Positions 1 to 12,909 of a DNA stretch of 64,000 bases are shown here, piece after piece; the first letter of the stretch is position 1; each line of letters begins with the position of its first letter. The notes beneath the pieces are model-generated. The model was not told where the DNA came from. It saw only the letters and a list, made by a program, of their open reading frames with translations, and made no database searches. The DNA comes from Craspedostauros australis (lineage: Eukaryota), in contig JALAGF010003307.1 of the NCBI GenBank assembly GCA_030167865.1, forward strand, positions 1 to 64,000, in the 5' to 3' direction. A program made the translations under genes and the position numbers.

Positions 1-3000
1 CATGCATTTGATCAGATGATGACGCAAGGCAAGCAGCGCGGTGCATCTGCGTCCACAACGCCAGAAGCAACGCCGACATTAACATCAACGCCAATGCCAA
101 CATCAACGTCAAACCCATCCATTCCAGCCGCCTTCGTCTGGGGTGGCAGCGGGACGGGCAAATCTCACCTCGTCGACACATTCTGCGAGCGCATCAGCAA
201 CGAGCGCCGCAGCGACGGTGTGAACGTTCACATTATCAAGGGCAAGTTCGAGCAGCACCAGAAGAACGATCCCTACTCGGCCATCACACAAGCATTCTCC
301 GATTGGTGTTCTTCGTTGCTGCTATCCACTGCTGGGAAAGGATCAGACAAGCAGAATGGAATGGCCAATAGCAAACAGAGTATATCATGGGGGGACGGCA
401 CTAATGACAATACTCATATGAATACACCTGCGAATACAAGTCTCAAGCGGTTGCGGACCAGAGTCAAAGCCAGCCAGATGACATCGGAACAAGCAGAGCT
501 CTTGCAGACCTTCATTCCGCCCCTGTCCATCCTCTTCAACGACGGAGCGGATGCACAACAGTTTGGATCAGGAACACAGTCGCAGTCACAGGCACAGCCA
601 CATCCCAACTCCCGGACTTCGCAGATGCCCAACAACGACACAGCATGGAACACGTTTCAGTACGCGTTCGTCCAATTCCTGACGGCCATTTCATCGAAGG
701 CGTGTCCGTTGGTGCTGGTATTGGATGATCTGCAGTGGGCATCGCAGGACAGCATGAACCTTCTGTCCACCCTGCTGCATCGACCTCACTTCCTTTGGAT
801 GGGCACCATCCGGCAGGAGTACAACCCTCATTCGCACGATGAGCTGTTGGATCCAGACGCCAGCCTGCCATTCATGAAGCTGCTGGACGAGATGCGGCAA
901 GGACAGCCGCAGGACTTGCCAGCCGTTGCCACGCCCGGCGTTGATACGGCAATAAGCCTGGCGCTGCCATACGTCAGCGTCCAGCTTGCCAACTTCACTC
1001 GACAAGAGCTGCATGACTGGGTGTCCCAGCTGTTTCGCCAGAGTGACAACGAAACCACTTCTCATGAGCTGGCAAGTGGTCATAGTCATGACCATAGCGA
1101 AGCCAAGGAAGAGGAAGAGGACGCCCGTGATGAATACACCATCGATCTGATCAACAGCATCGTCGACTTCCTCTTCAAGCAGACTAAAGGCAACATCTTC
1201 CACGCCGTGCAGCTGCTGCAGGACATGGAACAAAACAACGAGCTGACATACAGTCGCATCTCCTTCCAGTGGGAGCTTAACAGCGATCTCAATGCGAATA
1301 GCGATGCGAGCCGAAACACTCTCCCTGGGGATTCGAGAGATGTTCTGCATCTCGTCACCTCCAAGTTAAGGGCCCTGTCCGTCGAGATGCAGAGGGTGCT
1401 GGCCATCGCCTCCTACATCCGATCATCGTTCGATGTCAGCCTGCTGCAGGCTGTGTTGGATCATGAACAAAATCATAGCCACAGTCACGGCCACGTCCAC
1501 GAAGACATCTTCGAGAGTATCGATGCCAATGCACATGTCATCGCCGGTGCGAATGCTTGTGAAAGCACCGACGACGCCTCGAAGAACCAAAAGCACCGAT
1601 CACTTTTCGCCTTGCTGGAACAGGCCGTGCTGGAAGATCTGCTACACAACTCGATTGGTGCAACCACGTATCGCTTTGCACACGATCGCATCCAGCAGGC
1701 AGCCCACGACCTGGTGCCGTTTGGGGAGACCCGGACCAAGCTCCGGCTCCGCATCGGCCAATGCCTTTGGGGGCTGTGCACGAGCGCGGAGTCCAGCATG
1801 GCGAATCAAGGCACCCCAGGACACGGCGGGGTGCACGCCTCGATCGCCAACGACACGGGGCTGATGTTCATTGCAGCAGAGCATCTGAACTGCGTACCCG
1901 ACAAGGATCACCTGCGAACCATGCAACGGAACCTCCGCACTGGAGAGCATGCTTTGCAGATGACCGCCCTCGTCCCGGCTGCGACGTACCTGCAGATTGC
2001 CGCAACCGCACTGCGAAAGCTCAAGTGCGATCCATGGCAAAGTCACTACGACCTGACGCTCCGGCTGTTACGCGGACGATGCGACGTTGAGCTTCTGCTG
2101 GGGAACTATGAGCAGGGATACTCAATTGGTGAAGAGGTGCTGAAGCATGCCACGGCGCTCATCGACAAGCTCCCCACATACGATGCCATGGCGAGAGCTC
2201 TGGCCAAAGAGGGCAAGCACCAGAAGTCCCTTCAAATGAGCAAGAAGTGCGCGCAGATGTGCAGCTTGTACCCAAAGCGTGGCATCCTTTTGCGCGGCCT
2301 TCGCCAGCTGGTGTCATTGCGATCGTACTTTCGTCGCACGTCAGATGAAGAGTTTCTGGAGAATGCTACTGTCATCACGGACCCTCAGACGCTGTTGCCA
2401 ATAAGCCTACTGAGGCAGCTCACTGCACGTACGCTTTTGTGCAATGATACCAAGGCGTGGCTTCTGACCGTAACGCGTCTCGTCGACATCACAAGGCGGG
2501 TGGGCATATGCGGGGAGTGCGCGAATGCGATGGTATCGTTTGCGATGATCCATAACAAGCTGGGTGAGTATACGAATGCCCGCAGATACGTGGAATTGGC
2601 CAAGAAGATTATCCGGAAGGTTGGCGAAAACAATAGATACACGAGCTTCGTCTACTACCTGGCCGCGTCATTCATTGATCAATACTCCAAGCCACCAGCA
2701 GAAGTTGCATCGGACTTTCAGTACTCCTACAGCTCTGCTATGTCCAAGGGTGAGTTTGAGATTGGGATCCTTGCTCACTATGGATACATCTTCCACGCAT
2801 TCAACCAAGGTTACCCATTGGGCGGCCTCTTGCCTGCCATTGACTCGGTCTTCGAGCAAATGAAGATGTACAAAATGAATGGGCATTTCGAATCGATCAC
2901 CGAGTACACCAGCGCACCCAGAAAAATTGCGGGGGCGCTTCCCATCGATTGGCAGGAATGCATGGATTGGAAGAAGTACGAAAATTCGGCCTTCCGCTTC

Positions 3001-3849
3001 CAATTCGCTGCGTTCTGGAGTCGGATGTGTCTCGCCATATACTTCGGCAAGTACGAATTTGCGGAGATGCTCTACGAGAAGATGGTGGCAGGCAAGCTTG
3101 TGTCAACGGATGCCGCCATACAAACAATGATCATCATGTTTTGTGGATTGATGGCGTCCAATCGGTACCGGAAAACGAAGCAGAAGAGGTTCATGAAGAT
3201 ACTCCGGCAGAAGAAACAGGAGCTCAAGAAGATATGTGACGAGAAAGGCAATTCTGCGATCAACCGCTACCTTCTGCTCCGGGCCGAGATGAAGTCGATC
3301 AAGTCAAGTGCTTCGTTGCCAACCTATATCCGGAATTGCTACGAAGCGTCCATAGATGGTGCGGAGCGAGCGGGCCAGCTACACGAGGCCGGGTTGGCCT
3401 GCGAATTGGCAGGCGAGCATGTCTTGACATCTAGCGTCGATAGCAATGATCTGGCGCGGCCATACTTCACGAAGGCGATGGGGTTCTATCAGGCTTGGGG
3501 TGGTGTCGCCAAGTGCGCCGACTTCCGCAATAGACGTGGCGAGTACATCGATGAAGATCAGGTGAAGAGAGGCGGGTGGAATGGAGTCGGCGGAGGCAAA
3601 GCATTTGCTTTCGAGATTCGTGATAAGACGAAAGCCAGCTTCGACATGTTGTCTGTGTACACACCAACAACAAATACCATGGCCCGGACATTTGCAGGCG
3701 CGAAGTCAGTGCAGCAAGCGCCCACCTCACCGAATGGCATGGGCGGAACTCATGTAAGCGCCGGTAGCAAGGGTAGCAGAGCGGCCGGCAGCGGTACCAA
3801 CGATGATGACGACGATGATGATCATTCTGCGTTGAGCGATCTATCGTAG
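1..3849 (+). CDS. STAND-class P-loop ATPase (AAA_16/COG3899-like) with C-terminal helical/TPR-like region; probably 5'-truncated by the window edge
   Basis: Walker A GGSGTGKS, KGKFEQ..PYSAI, Walker B LVLVLDDLQWA, TKGNIFH (GxP-like position), YRFAHDRIQQAA and C-terminal ACELAG...YQAWG. The frame is open back to base 1 (HAFDQ before ATG 16). Confidence 0.85.
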   Translation, partial: HAFDQMMTQGKQRGASASTTPEATPTLTSTPMPTSTSNPSIPAAFVWGGSGTGKSHLVDTFCERISNERRSDGVNVHIIKGKFEQHQKNDPYSAITQAFSDWCSSLLLSTAGKGSDKQNGMANSKQSISWGDGTNDNTHMNTPANTSLKRLRTRVKASQMTSEQAELLQTFIPPLSILFNDGADAQQFGSGTQSQSQAQPHPNSRTSQMPNNDTAWNTFQYAFVQFLTAISSKACPLVLVLDDLQWASQDSMNLLSTLLHRPHFLWMGTIRQEYNPHSHDELLDPDASLPFMKLLDEMRQGQPQDLPAVATPGVDTAISLALPYVSVQLANFTRQELHDWVSQLFRQSDNETTSHELASGHSHDHSEAKEEEEDARDEYTIDLINSIVDFLFKQTKGNIFHAVQLLQDMEQNNELTYSRISFQWELNSDLNANSDASRNTLPGDSRDVLHLVTSKLRALSVEMQRVLAIASYIRSSFDVSLLQAVLDHEQNHSHSHGHVHEDIFESIDANAHVIAGANACESTDDASKNQKHRSLFALLEQAVLEDLLHNSIGATTYRFAHDRIQQAAHDLVPFGETRTKLRLRIGQCLWGLCTSAESSMANQGTPGHGGVHASIANDTGLMFIAAEHLNCVPDKDHLRTMQRNLRTGEHALQMTALVPAATYLQIAATALRKLKCDPWQSHYDLTLRLLRGRCDVELLLGNYEQGYSIGEEVLKHATALIDKLPTYDAMARALAKEGKHQKSLQMSKKCAQMCSLYPKRGILLRGLRQLVSLRSYFRRTSDEEFLENATVITDPQTLLPISLLRQLTARTLLCNDTKAWLLTVTRLVDITRRVGICGECANAMVSFAMIHNKLGEYTNARRYVELAKKIIRKVGENNRYTSFVYYLAASFIDQYSKPPAEVASDFQYSYSSAMSKGEFEIGILAHYGYIFHAFNQGYPLGGLLPAIDSVFEQMKMYKMNGHFESITEYTSAPRKIAGALPIDWQECMDWKKYENSAFRFQFAAFWSRMCLAIYFGKYEFAEMLYEKMVAGKLVSTDAAIQTMIIMFCGLMASNRYRKTKQKRFMKILRQKKQELKKICDEKGNSAINRYLLLRAEMKSIKSSASLPTYIRNCYEASIDGAERAGQLHEAGLACELAGEHVLTSSVDSNDLARPYFTKAMGFYQAWGGVAKCADFRNRRGEYIDEDQVKRGGWNGVGGGKAFAFEIRDKTKASFDMLSVYTPTTNTMARTFAGAKSVQQAPTSPNGMGGTHVSAGSKGSRAAGSGTNDDDDDDDHSALSDLS

Positions 3850-4246
3850 ACGCGTACTCTGGTATTAGTCTCATTAGATTACCAATAGGACAGACAGCTC
3901 CGCACAATGGAGCAGTGGCGTCGCATGTTCTGCAATGTTGCGCGTGCGATGGAGTGAGAAAATACGCGTATGCAATAAAATATTACATGAGAAGATGCAA
4001 TTAGACTCCTTGATTGATGTGGGTGTAGAGCACTCGTCCGTGTGTAAAATATAAATGGTGGCACAGCACTTGTCTTCCGACCATTTTGGGATCCTGTTAA
4101 AGAAATTCTCGAAGTGTACTCACGGACGCGTCAAGAGGATGCTATGGGGCGGGAGAGACGCACGAGGCTTTTTGCCAGGCCATATGCGAAATCAAAATGG
4201 GCACAAAGACTGCAGTGATTACGAGGCCCATCTATCAGCTCATTCA

Positions 4247-5773
4247 TTAACACCGGAGCATGCCTGCTTGACGAAGCAGTTCATAGCTCTCGCCTGTCCG
4301 CTTGCGAAGGGAACATTCGAGAAGCAAGAACTTCAACATCACCACTGTATCGTAGTCATTGACACCGTCAGAGAGGATTTTGCTGGTTGCGGCGATCCGT
4401 CGCTGCATCAGCATTGGGGTGATTTGCGTGTTGTAGATTGCCTCGTTCAGCCTTCTTGGATGCTCCAAACGCATCGTTTGCACCTGCCGATTTTCGATTA
4501 TGGCCCTGATCAAGGCCAAGGTGGAGTCTATCCGTTGCTCTTCGGTCTCTTGTTGGCTGTAACAGATGAAGAAGTTCAGCTTGTAGTGTATGTGCTTGAT
4601 GTGACCACACCTGATCATCCTCAGCAACACCTCGAGCCATGAGCTCCGGTGGATAAAGGCGTTCAGTGTAACGCTCTCGATATTCTCTTGTTTACAGAGC
4701 GCATCGATGAATGGGTTGAAATGCGTTTCGTGGACACTGAAACGGATGGGATTGTCGTAGCAGACCCGGTAGATGGTTGGGAGGTGCTTGATGATGGCGC
4801 CGAAGTGTGTGAGCCCGACCTCGCCACCATCAATGACTTTGAACACTTGGACAGTCGGATGGAAGTCAGAATCATCGTGGACGCTCTGTTGAAAGATCTC
4901 TCTGTTCTTCTGGTTCATCCAGCTGTACTTGATGCAAAGCACCGTGCAGTTTTGCACGATCCATTTGAAGCAGGTCGCACCCACGTCGGTGTCCAGCGTG
5001 ATCTGTTTGATTGGAGGTACAGCTGGTCTGTTGGTCGTGGCTGCAATTATTTCCGCGCCTCGTTCTCTTGCGGCGTCGGTGTCGTCGATCGAGCTCTCGG
5101 ACTTTGTAATCGCAGCAGTTGCGACAGGGGCGACTGATTCTGCAGGAGCGTGATGAGATCCAACCATCATCAGAAGGAGACGGTCCAGATGCATCATCAT
5201 GATTTCCTTCTGGCTGCTCTTCGTCTGGAATAGACCACAGAGGAAGCGGCACACGCGCTGGAATTGCGCATCGGCATGGACATCCTCAAGCCGGCCATTC
5301 TGTCTTCGCAGCACCTTCTCCGACACCGACACAACGCGCTTGTTCATGCGGAATCGTCCAAAGTACGACGATGCATGACCGTGGGTCGTTTGGTCGTACT
5401 TGTAGATGCTGACGATCCCGAGGACGACGCAATCGTACTTCTGCACCATGCTGTCCAGGTGATCCCACTCGCAACCACGCTGGAGGATGGCATCCCAATC
5501 CACGCTGGCCACATCCACGATCAGCGGCTTCTTCCGTCCTGCGTTGCTCTTGTGCACGTGAGCTGAGCTATCTGCAACAATTGATTGTTGGCCGGCGCCC
5601 TGTGTCAGCTCTCCGATGTCGCTTCCAGCGAGCAGTTCCCACATCTGATGGGTGCATGGCTGCACTTTGTTCTTGCTGTTGGCGTTGCTGCTCCTGATCT
5701 TCTTGAGGTAACCATCGTCGCCAGCCTCGCGGCGCTTCCTAGGGTTGGCACCTTCCACGTCAGCCATCGTCAT
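4247..5773 (-). CDS. hypothetical protein (~508 aa)
   Basis: Long ORF; first ATG at 5773 (the track start at 5791 is GTG). No motif recognised. Confidence 0.6.
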   Translation of the reverse strand: MTMADVEGANPRKRREAGDDGYLKKIRSSNANSKNKVQPCTHQMWELLAGSDIGELTQGAGQQSIVADSSAHVHKSNAGRKKPLIVDVASVDWDAILQRGCEWDHLDSMVQKYDCVVLGIVSIYKYDQTTHGHASSYFGRFRMNKRVVSVSEKVLRRQNGRLEDVHADAQFQRVCRFLCGLFQTKSSQKEIMMMHLDRLLLMMVGSHHAPAESVAPVATAAITKSESSIDDTDAARERGAEIIAATTNRPAVPPIKQITLDTDVGATCFKWIVQNCTVLCIKYSWMNQKNREIFQQSVHDDSDFHPTVQVFKVIDGGEVGLTHFGAIIKHLPTIYRVCYDNPIRFSVHETHFNPFIDALCKQENIESVTLNAFIHRSSWLEVLLRMIRCGHIKHIHYKLNFFICYSQQETEEQRIDSTLALIRAIIENRQVQTMRLEHPRRLNEAIYNTQITPMLMQRRIAATSKILSDGVNDYDTVVMLKFLLLECSLRKRTGESYELLRQAGMLRC

Positions 5774-7117
5774 CAATCTGTGGTGTCGCACTCGTATGGT
5801 GTGAGTGTATTATATAATACTATGTAATAATAGTAGTATGAATGTTTGGTACGTGTAGTCGTACGTGTATGGATTATATGCTGCAAGCAGGGGGTATCTG
5901 TGAGAGAAGTGTTGGGTGGTTATGTGGTTGTGTGGTTGTCTGGGGCCAACAATGGCCTTGTTTGTCCTGCCTCTCTCTCTCTTCGTCTTCTTGTGCTCTC
6001 TTGCGCTCCCTTCTTCTCTCTTGGACGCCATCCCCTCCCACGGTGGTTTGCAGGAGGGCAATTCCCTGGCGGCGTTTGCTGCTTTTCGACGTCGCGAACT
6101 GTATCAACGATGTCACGAAAAGCTTGATGGCTATTTGTTCTGGGCGCCTTGAGAATCCGAACGCCCTCGAGTTCCTTCAATGCGTCTGGAACATTGCCAA
6201 GTGCCAAGCGAAGGAGACCACGTTGTGACAGTTCCTGTCCAGCTACCGGAATGGACCCACTGAGAATCTGAGTCGAAGAAATCATGGGTGACGATTCGCT
6301 TTCTTGACACGTCTGTCCGTCCTCGGCGGTTCAACCTGGTTTGGCGCCATCAGCGAAGGTACTCCACAAGCCTCTTTGATTGCGCGCACCCCGAAGAAAC
6401 CTGCCGCCGTTCAACGCATGAGAGGTGCAACCGGATTGACCCTGTCACACAAACCTGGTGCAGATCCTGCCCAACATGATTGAACGTTGAGCATCTTTCC
6501 CCAACCGACGTTTCGCACCACCTCCCATAGTATTGAATGTGTGGACAGTTGTGCCTGCGCTGCGGGGATGAATTTGTCGACAGGATCGGTGCACCTTATC
6601 AGGATGTACTTAGAGAGGGTGACGGTGGCGTTTCGGAGATGTGGACGCGCCACATGTTTCTCCTCCAGATGATCTGCATGCACACGCAAGTCGTATGGTA
6701 TTCTGTGGTCGAACTTCGCACCCAACATGGAGCACTCGACATGGATGGATTGATGTTGTGGAGGTGATTTCAAGAGCGCAACCGTACCAAACATGCGGTC
6801 CTACTCCGATGGGAATGCGTGTAAGCTGCTGATGTTCCAAACGCACCAGTTGGAGAAACCAACGGAGACAGAGAGAGAAAATGGGTTGGCATTCCTCCAA
6901 GTGTGGTGCATGTCGGTGGAGATCAACTTCACCATTGATGAGAAACCGCCCAATCCGTGCAAACACAACCACAACATATCCTGCTTTTCGTTCTGTTGAG
7001 GATTACAAATCAAACCCAATCGCCGATCACTCCAACCTGCCATACCCCTACGATCCGAACAAGCCAACATCGTTGAAGCCATAGAGAAGCAAGAGATCGA
7101 TCCCAAGAATCGGTACA

Positions 7118-10100
7118 ATGAAGCTGTTGCAGAGACCATGGCCCCGCGGTCGGCATCCACGCGCTTGGTACAAGCTCGAGGACGTCGACATGGACGACAT
7201 GGACAACATGGACAACATGAATGTGCGCGTGCACGTGGATACGGAGACTAGTGTGAGCACTGGCATCGGCCAACATTTCGACACCACCCCGATTGCGGGT
7301 ATGAACGAGACGGGGAGCCTCATGGAACTGGAGCCTTCTTCTTCCGGCGGAGTGATGGCAACACAACGCGAGCCAGCACCTGCTGAACGAATCCAAGTCG
7401 ATAGCATCTCATTCCATCGAGACATGTCGGTGGACGAGGAACACCGAACTTCACCATTCAACCAGCACCCACTTCCTCCTGCATCACCAGTATCAGCCAC
7501 AAGTTCAAGGGGAAGCCATTCAGAAAGGCCACGTACAGCGTCTGAGTTCAGCGTGCTCACTGCTGGCGTCGCAGGTGCAGGTGCTGCCGCACTCCTTGCA
7601 ATGGATACGCGTGGAGACGACATCGATGTGTGTGTTGGCACTCCATTCGAAGATGAGATGGAGCCCCCAATGGTCGAATACCGTGATCGAATCTTTGTCA
7701 TTGAAGGGAACTATGCAGCCAATCGCGACATCAAGGGAGCGGCTATGCTGGAACAACGACAGCAAGAAGAAGTGGAGCAAATACAAATACAACAAACAAA
7801 TCGAGGGTTGCCATTGGTGCAAGCTCATGGTGTGGCAACGCAAAGAGGGGCCTTCGATGAACGCATGCCAGCAGGTGAAGACCAGCCTCAGCAAGACCAA
7901 AGACAACAGGACTTCACCGAAGACGACCCCACTTCGGAGCTCTCCACGATTTCAGAACAACGTAACGACATGGCTTCGTCGATCTTCCTGCCGGACAGCG
8001 CCAGCGATGATGGTTCGGAATGCAGAGATTCAACCATTGGAAGCAAGACGGATTTCCCTCATGACGAGACGGTCGAAGACGAGCTCCAATTCATCGGAGA
8101 AGTCATGAGGCGCCACACCTCGTCCATCTTCAGCGAAGATCTCCACAAGAGCACCATCGACCGTGTCCTCAACGAAGATGATGACCTTGACTCATTGTCA
8201 GAGTTCCTCGAGACCGCAACTCTGTCAGGAGTTGGCAACGAACAGCACGAGCAGCCACGAGAACATGCCAACTTCATTCCCGACGGCCCTTCACCGGTCG
8301 TTCTTTCAGCCCCACCTCCTCCGCCACCACGGGCACCACCGCCTGCTCCATCACAGCATCAGCCGCCAACTTCGCTGCTGTTGCCATGGTCGCTGACACC
8401 CCACTCAACAGATGCCGAAGAGGTGGAACAGAAGGTGGAACGGCATACCGAACGACAGATAGAGCAGGCTGATAGCCCGCTCGAGGAAGGGTCTGCCCAC
8501 GGCTCCACTAACAGTCCACTCGTCGAGGAGACGCTGCGACAGCTATCCTCCGAACACTCGAACGCAAGCTCGGTGACAAGTGTGACTGCAGGAAACTACG
8601 CGGTTACCGTCATCAGCCAATCGCCGCGTGCCAGGAAAGCTCCGATGGGGACAGCTACGTTCGTCGTCAATGGTGACGTGATCAGTGGTGATGAAGACAC
8701 GAGCAACGAAGAGGCTGAAATCAGCACCGACTCAGACAGCGACACCGCCAGCGACACCGCCAGCGATATCAGCAGCCAAGAAGGCAGCGAAGACAGTGCT
8801 GAGATCGTTGCCGATGTCAACGAGCGCATGAAGAACCACTTGGAAGGCCAAGGAGATGTCGCGGAACAGAGGTCCCTGCCCAGTTTTGACCTCGTCAGTG
8901 TGCTCATGCAGCAAATGACAACCGCTCGGCACGAAACGGCCGCGGAGCAAGGCAAATCTTCCACATCCACCAGTGCAAGTTGTGCGTACGGGTCATCCCG
9001 ATCAAGCCGGTCTGCTCCCTCCAGCACAAGACAACCAACGAACGCCAGGAACGATTACCAATACCATCATGGTAGTCGAACCAGGTGGCCCAGAAAGGAG
9101 GGTGGCTCTGTCCGCTCTGCCACGCGATCGCGCTCTGCGTTTGCGTTTGCGTCTACATCATCGACCGGCTCGCGACATCAGCAGTCTCAGTTTCAGGTCC
9201 AAGAGCGAGAACAGAGGTTCCTGGCACAATCACGGATGCGTGAACAGGAACGAGAACAGGAACAACGCACTCCCGAGATACAGACGGCGGTATCGCCAAC
9301 GCCAAAGGTCATCGCCTCGCCCTTGCGCTCAGCGATACAGACTACGAGACAACAGCAGGAACGAGAGGCCGCAAGAGAGAGGCCGAGCAACTCGTCCAGG
9401 GCACACAAGACACATGCCGCCGTCTCAACAGCGCAACCAACTGCAACGAGGAACGTCCAAGCAGCATCCGATGCATCTCACATCTCAGCATCCAACGCCT
9501 CGAAAATGTCGCACATCTCGCTCGCGTCCTCAACCAACCTGCCCTCCGTTTCCACGATCACGGCATCCTCAGCGCCCGTGACACGCTCAGTTCAAGAGCA
9601 GGAGAAACAGGCAAAATCGGCACCCACAGACGAAGCTGCATCTTCCAACACCAAGGAGCGCTCTTCCACCGGATCAAAGTCGAAGGGGAGCTTCTTCAGG
9701 AAAAAGTCTGGGACTACGTTGCACACCGGATTTGCCAGCTGGACTAAGAAAATGCGAAAGAACATGGCGATGAACCGAAAGAAGAAGTCGGTCGGAAACG
9801 ACGCCGATGGCAAGGCGCGCGTGCTGGATGGGACCAACAAGTCTGTCACCGCATCCGTACCGATGACAGGCAAAACCAAGCAGGTCCGAATTGTAATTCC
9901 GGAAACGAGCACAGCCACAACGACGACGACGACCACAGCCACCGCCGCGGTAGCATCCGGAGCGACAGGCATCATTGGCCGAGGACGTCAAGCGGCGCCG
10001 AAGAAGAAGATCAGGGTATACGGATCTCACCGAGGCTGGGCGCTTGCCAACACGCCAATGCAACGAGCCGTGAGACCGCCTCCGTTAAAGGCAGCGGTGA

Positions 10101-10700
10101 CACAGGCGAAAAGGCAGGTCAAGAACCAAGCGACGAGGCCACGAATGAATCCGGCAGCCGTTACCAGGCAGCAGCCTGCTGGCCAATCAACTGCTCGTGG
10201 AACCGCGCAAGCACAGAGGCAGACACAAGCAGCGACGAGACAGCTCGGTGATTCTGGACGAGATGCACCACCGGCATCCAGCGCCTTCTTATCCATCGAT
10301 CTGAATTCAACCACCAGCGATACCACACTCAAACCGGTACGTCGCGACGACAAGGAATCTTGCTCTTCGTTCCGTTGGCATTGCATCTTTGCTGTTGTCT
10401 CCCATGGTCGAACTTACCTGTTTCCCATCATTCCATTGTCGTGTCCGTTCCCCTCCGCTTGTGCTCGAATGTCGCCGTTGAACTCCCACACAATTGGCCC
10501 CTCCTCAGGGTGAGTCATCCTCATTCTCCGATGCATCGGACGGCACGTTCGCGGATGAGCTGTCGCAGTTGCAGGAAGATGTGATCGCAGTTGTGAAGGA
10601 CGTTTTTGTTCCATCCCGGTGGTATGACTGCACCTGCGGTGTCAGCAACCCACCGGATGATGCAGAAGGTGCGATGAACACACAACCAGCGGCGGAGTGA
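7118..10700 (+). CDS. large low-complexity S/T/Q/D-rich hypothetical protein; exons 7118-10336 and 10509-10700
   Basis: 1131-aa ORF. The phase-0 donor CCG|GTACGT at 10337 and acceptor CCTCAG|GGT at 10508 join in frame to the 10494-10700 ORF. Confidence 0.7.
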
Positions 10701-11643
10701 TCAGGCTGATGTTCGCGTTGATCGCTATGGCATCATCATCATGGTGGCACCGTCTCTGGTTGGCTGCAGTTCACACCTAACGAATTGCGAATGTGTGCAT
10801 TTCCTCGCAATCACGGTGCTGAACGCCCAACACAACTCGATCACCAGCCTCCCAACACTCCTGGCCGCGACAGCAAAGTCGATTAGGGGAAACCAGTGGT
10901 ACCATATCATAAAATACCTGCATACAGTAACTTAGAGCACGCTGTCCGATACTATTATGCTCTACTATTACGACTGTGGATGTAACTACTTGTTGCTGTT
11001 ATGATTGTTGCTAATAGTACAATGTGTCACGCCCCCCGTTTACAACGATAAACGACGGTTGATGACTTGACGCAGCAATGGCTTCATTGATTCATTCATT
11101 ATTACAATCTCTCATTCATGGATGTGTGTGTGTGTGCGTGTGTGCATTCCGCATGGAGCATCATCCTCTGGCGACTTGCATTCACAAGCCACGAAAGAAG
11201 GCTGCCCGGACCGGAGTGTCGCAACTTGGCAGTGCGGTCAATCGGAACAGAGCAGAGTACACGAGCAACGATACTCGCAGACTCGACCAGCCTTGTTCCT
11301 ACTCGTACTTCACGGCTCGTGGCTTGGGATGCAGCAAGGATTGTGAAGCATTTGTTACCATTCAGTTCTGTGCCTACGACTGCGAATACGGATGCTTGTA
11401 GGGATGCTAGTACGATGGAATGCGATTTCAGCGTACGTACGTACAGGATACTCGGAGTACTCTATCGTGGTGTTGTGTTCCCTTTTTGCTTGGCTTGGCT
11501 GACTGGCTGACGACTGAGCATGGACTAGTATGCATGGTACTAGTACCAAGTCGCTGCCACGCTTGTTGAAAGCGTTTGCGGCCTCGTCAGCAGCGGGGAG
11601 CTGATGTTGGTGGGAACAGGTGCGGGCACGTCATCGGTTGCTC

Positions 11644-12477
11644 CTACATGGTTGGCACCGAGGGCGCCTCGTGATGGTCTTCCTCATCTGCCTCCAGTAT
11701 CTCCTCCATGTTGGTCAGGATGACGCGACCGGTCTCATTCTCGTCTTCGTTGTCGCACTCCTCCAGCGGCTCGAGCACGTTGGATGAGACTTCTCCGCCT
11801 GTCGTGATGGAGTTGCCCCGCGATATGCTGCCGTGTCCCGATCGCACGTCGCAAAAGGCGTGGACGTCCTCCAGCGTGCCCTCGCTCATTCGCTCAGTGA
11901 CTGGCGGGAGGTTGGAGAAGCTGGCGTTGAGGTTCTGCGCGCATTCCTGCTGCTGCTTGAGATCGAGCTCGAGGAATCCCATCTTGTCGGTGAGGATGTC
12001 AGGGTCGATGATGTCGTCCAGGGATGATATCGACGAACCTCCGTCGTAGTGAGCACCCGTGTGTCTGGAGCCGGAGATGGGCGACCGACTGCCGGAGCGA
12101 ATTCCGCCCGAATCTGACTTGCGGCGGCTCCGCAGCTGCGTCTGCAGGGTTGGGGGGATGTTGAAGTTTCCCGTGCTGTTGGACATGCGGTGGATGGCGC
12201 TGGTGCCGTCTCCCGCGTTGATGCGAAGCGGGGGCGTGTAGGCTGGAATGTCGTGGGTTTTGCCGCTCTTGATCGGTTGCGTGACCTCTTCGTCGTCCTT
12301 GCTTTGGAAGGCCCCCAGACCTTCGAGCGCCTCCAGAGATCGTTCGTCATCAGCTCTGCCGATAGCTCTCATGGAGTCGTTGCTGGATGCTGTTGTTGCC
12401 GCTGTGATCTTGTCAGTCGCGACGGAGGTGTCTGTTGGGGCCATTGTGGGTGGTGCGTCCTTCGCAATCGTGGTCAT
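11644..12477 (-). CDS. hypothetical protein (277 aa, acidic/Ser-rich)
   Basis: ATG-started ORF with strong C/G third-position bias. No family recognised. Confidence 0.7.
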   Translation of the reverse strand: MTTIAKDAPPTMAPTDTSVATDKITAATTASSNDSMRAIGRADDERSLEALEGLGAFQSKDDEEVTQPIKSGKTHDIPAYTPPLRINAGDGTSAIHRMSNSTGNFNIPPTLQTQLRSRRKSDSGGIRSGSRSPISGSRHTGAHYDGGSSISSLDDIIDPDILTDKMGFLELDLKQQQECAQNLNASFSNLPPVTERMSEGTLEDVHAFCDVRSGHGSISRGNSITTGGEVSSNVLEPLEECDNEDENETGRVILTNMEEILEADEEDHHEAPSVPTM

Positions 12478-12869
12478 TGTGATGGTGGCTTATTTGTTGT
12501 TTGTTGTTTGTTGTTGGTTGTTTGTGGTGGAAGTGGTGATGAGAGTGGTGATGTGGGTGGCGATGAAAGTGGTGGTGGATGTGTTGTGATTGTGATGTTG
12601 CTGTTCTCGTGTTTGTCTTGTGTGCCTTGTGTGAATGTGGCTATGTTCTGGCCTTTCGTGTTCTCTTTGCTCAGCGCAACGATGTGTGTCAGGTGGTGAT
12701 GTGATGTGATGTAACTTGGCTCGGAACGTTTGCTCTACCCTGCCTACTGCCTTGTTATGATCGCTGCCTTTGGTGGTGTTTCCGGCGGTGTGCTAGATAC
12801 GGAGAGGGCTGTCTGCTTCTTGGGATTTGGATTGTGTGGTGTTGTGGTTGTGCGATTGATTTGCTCTCC

Positions 12870-12909
12870 TTGTTGTTGTTGTTGTTGCTGTTGTTGTTGC
12901 TGTTGTTGC
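12870..12909. repeat. (TGT/TGC)n microsatellite within a long GT-skewed low-complexity tract (~12480-13600)
   Basis: Direct reading: tgttgttgttgttgttgctgttgttgttgctgttgttgc. Confidence 0.9.

Noticed and set aside
5800-7100. Short overlapping ORFs between two divergent genes
   Set aside because: No recognisable domain, codon bias or consistent splice model.
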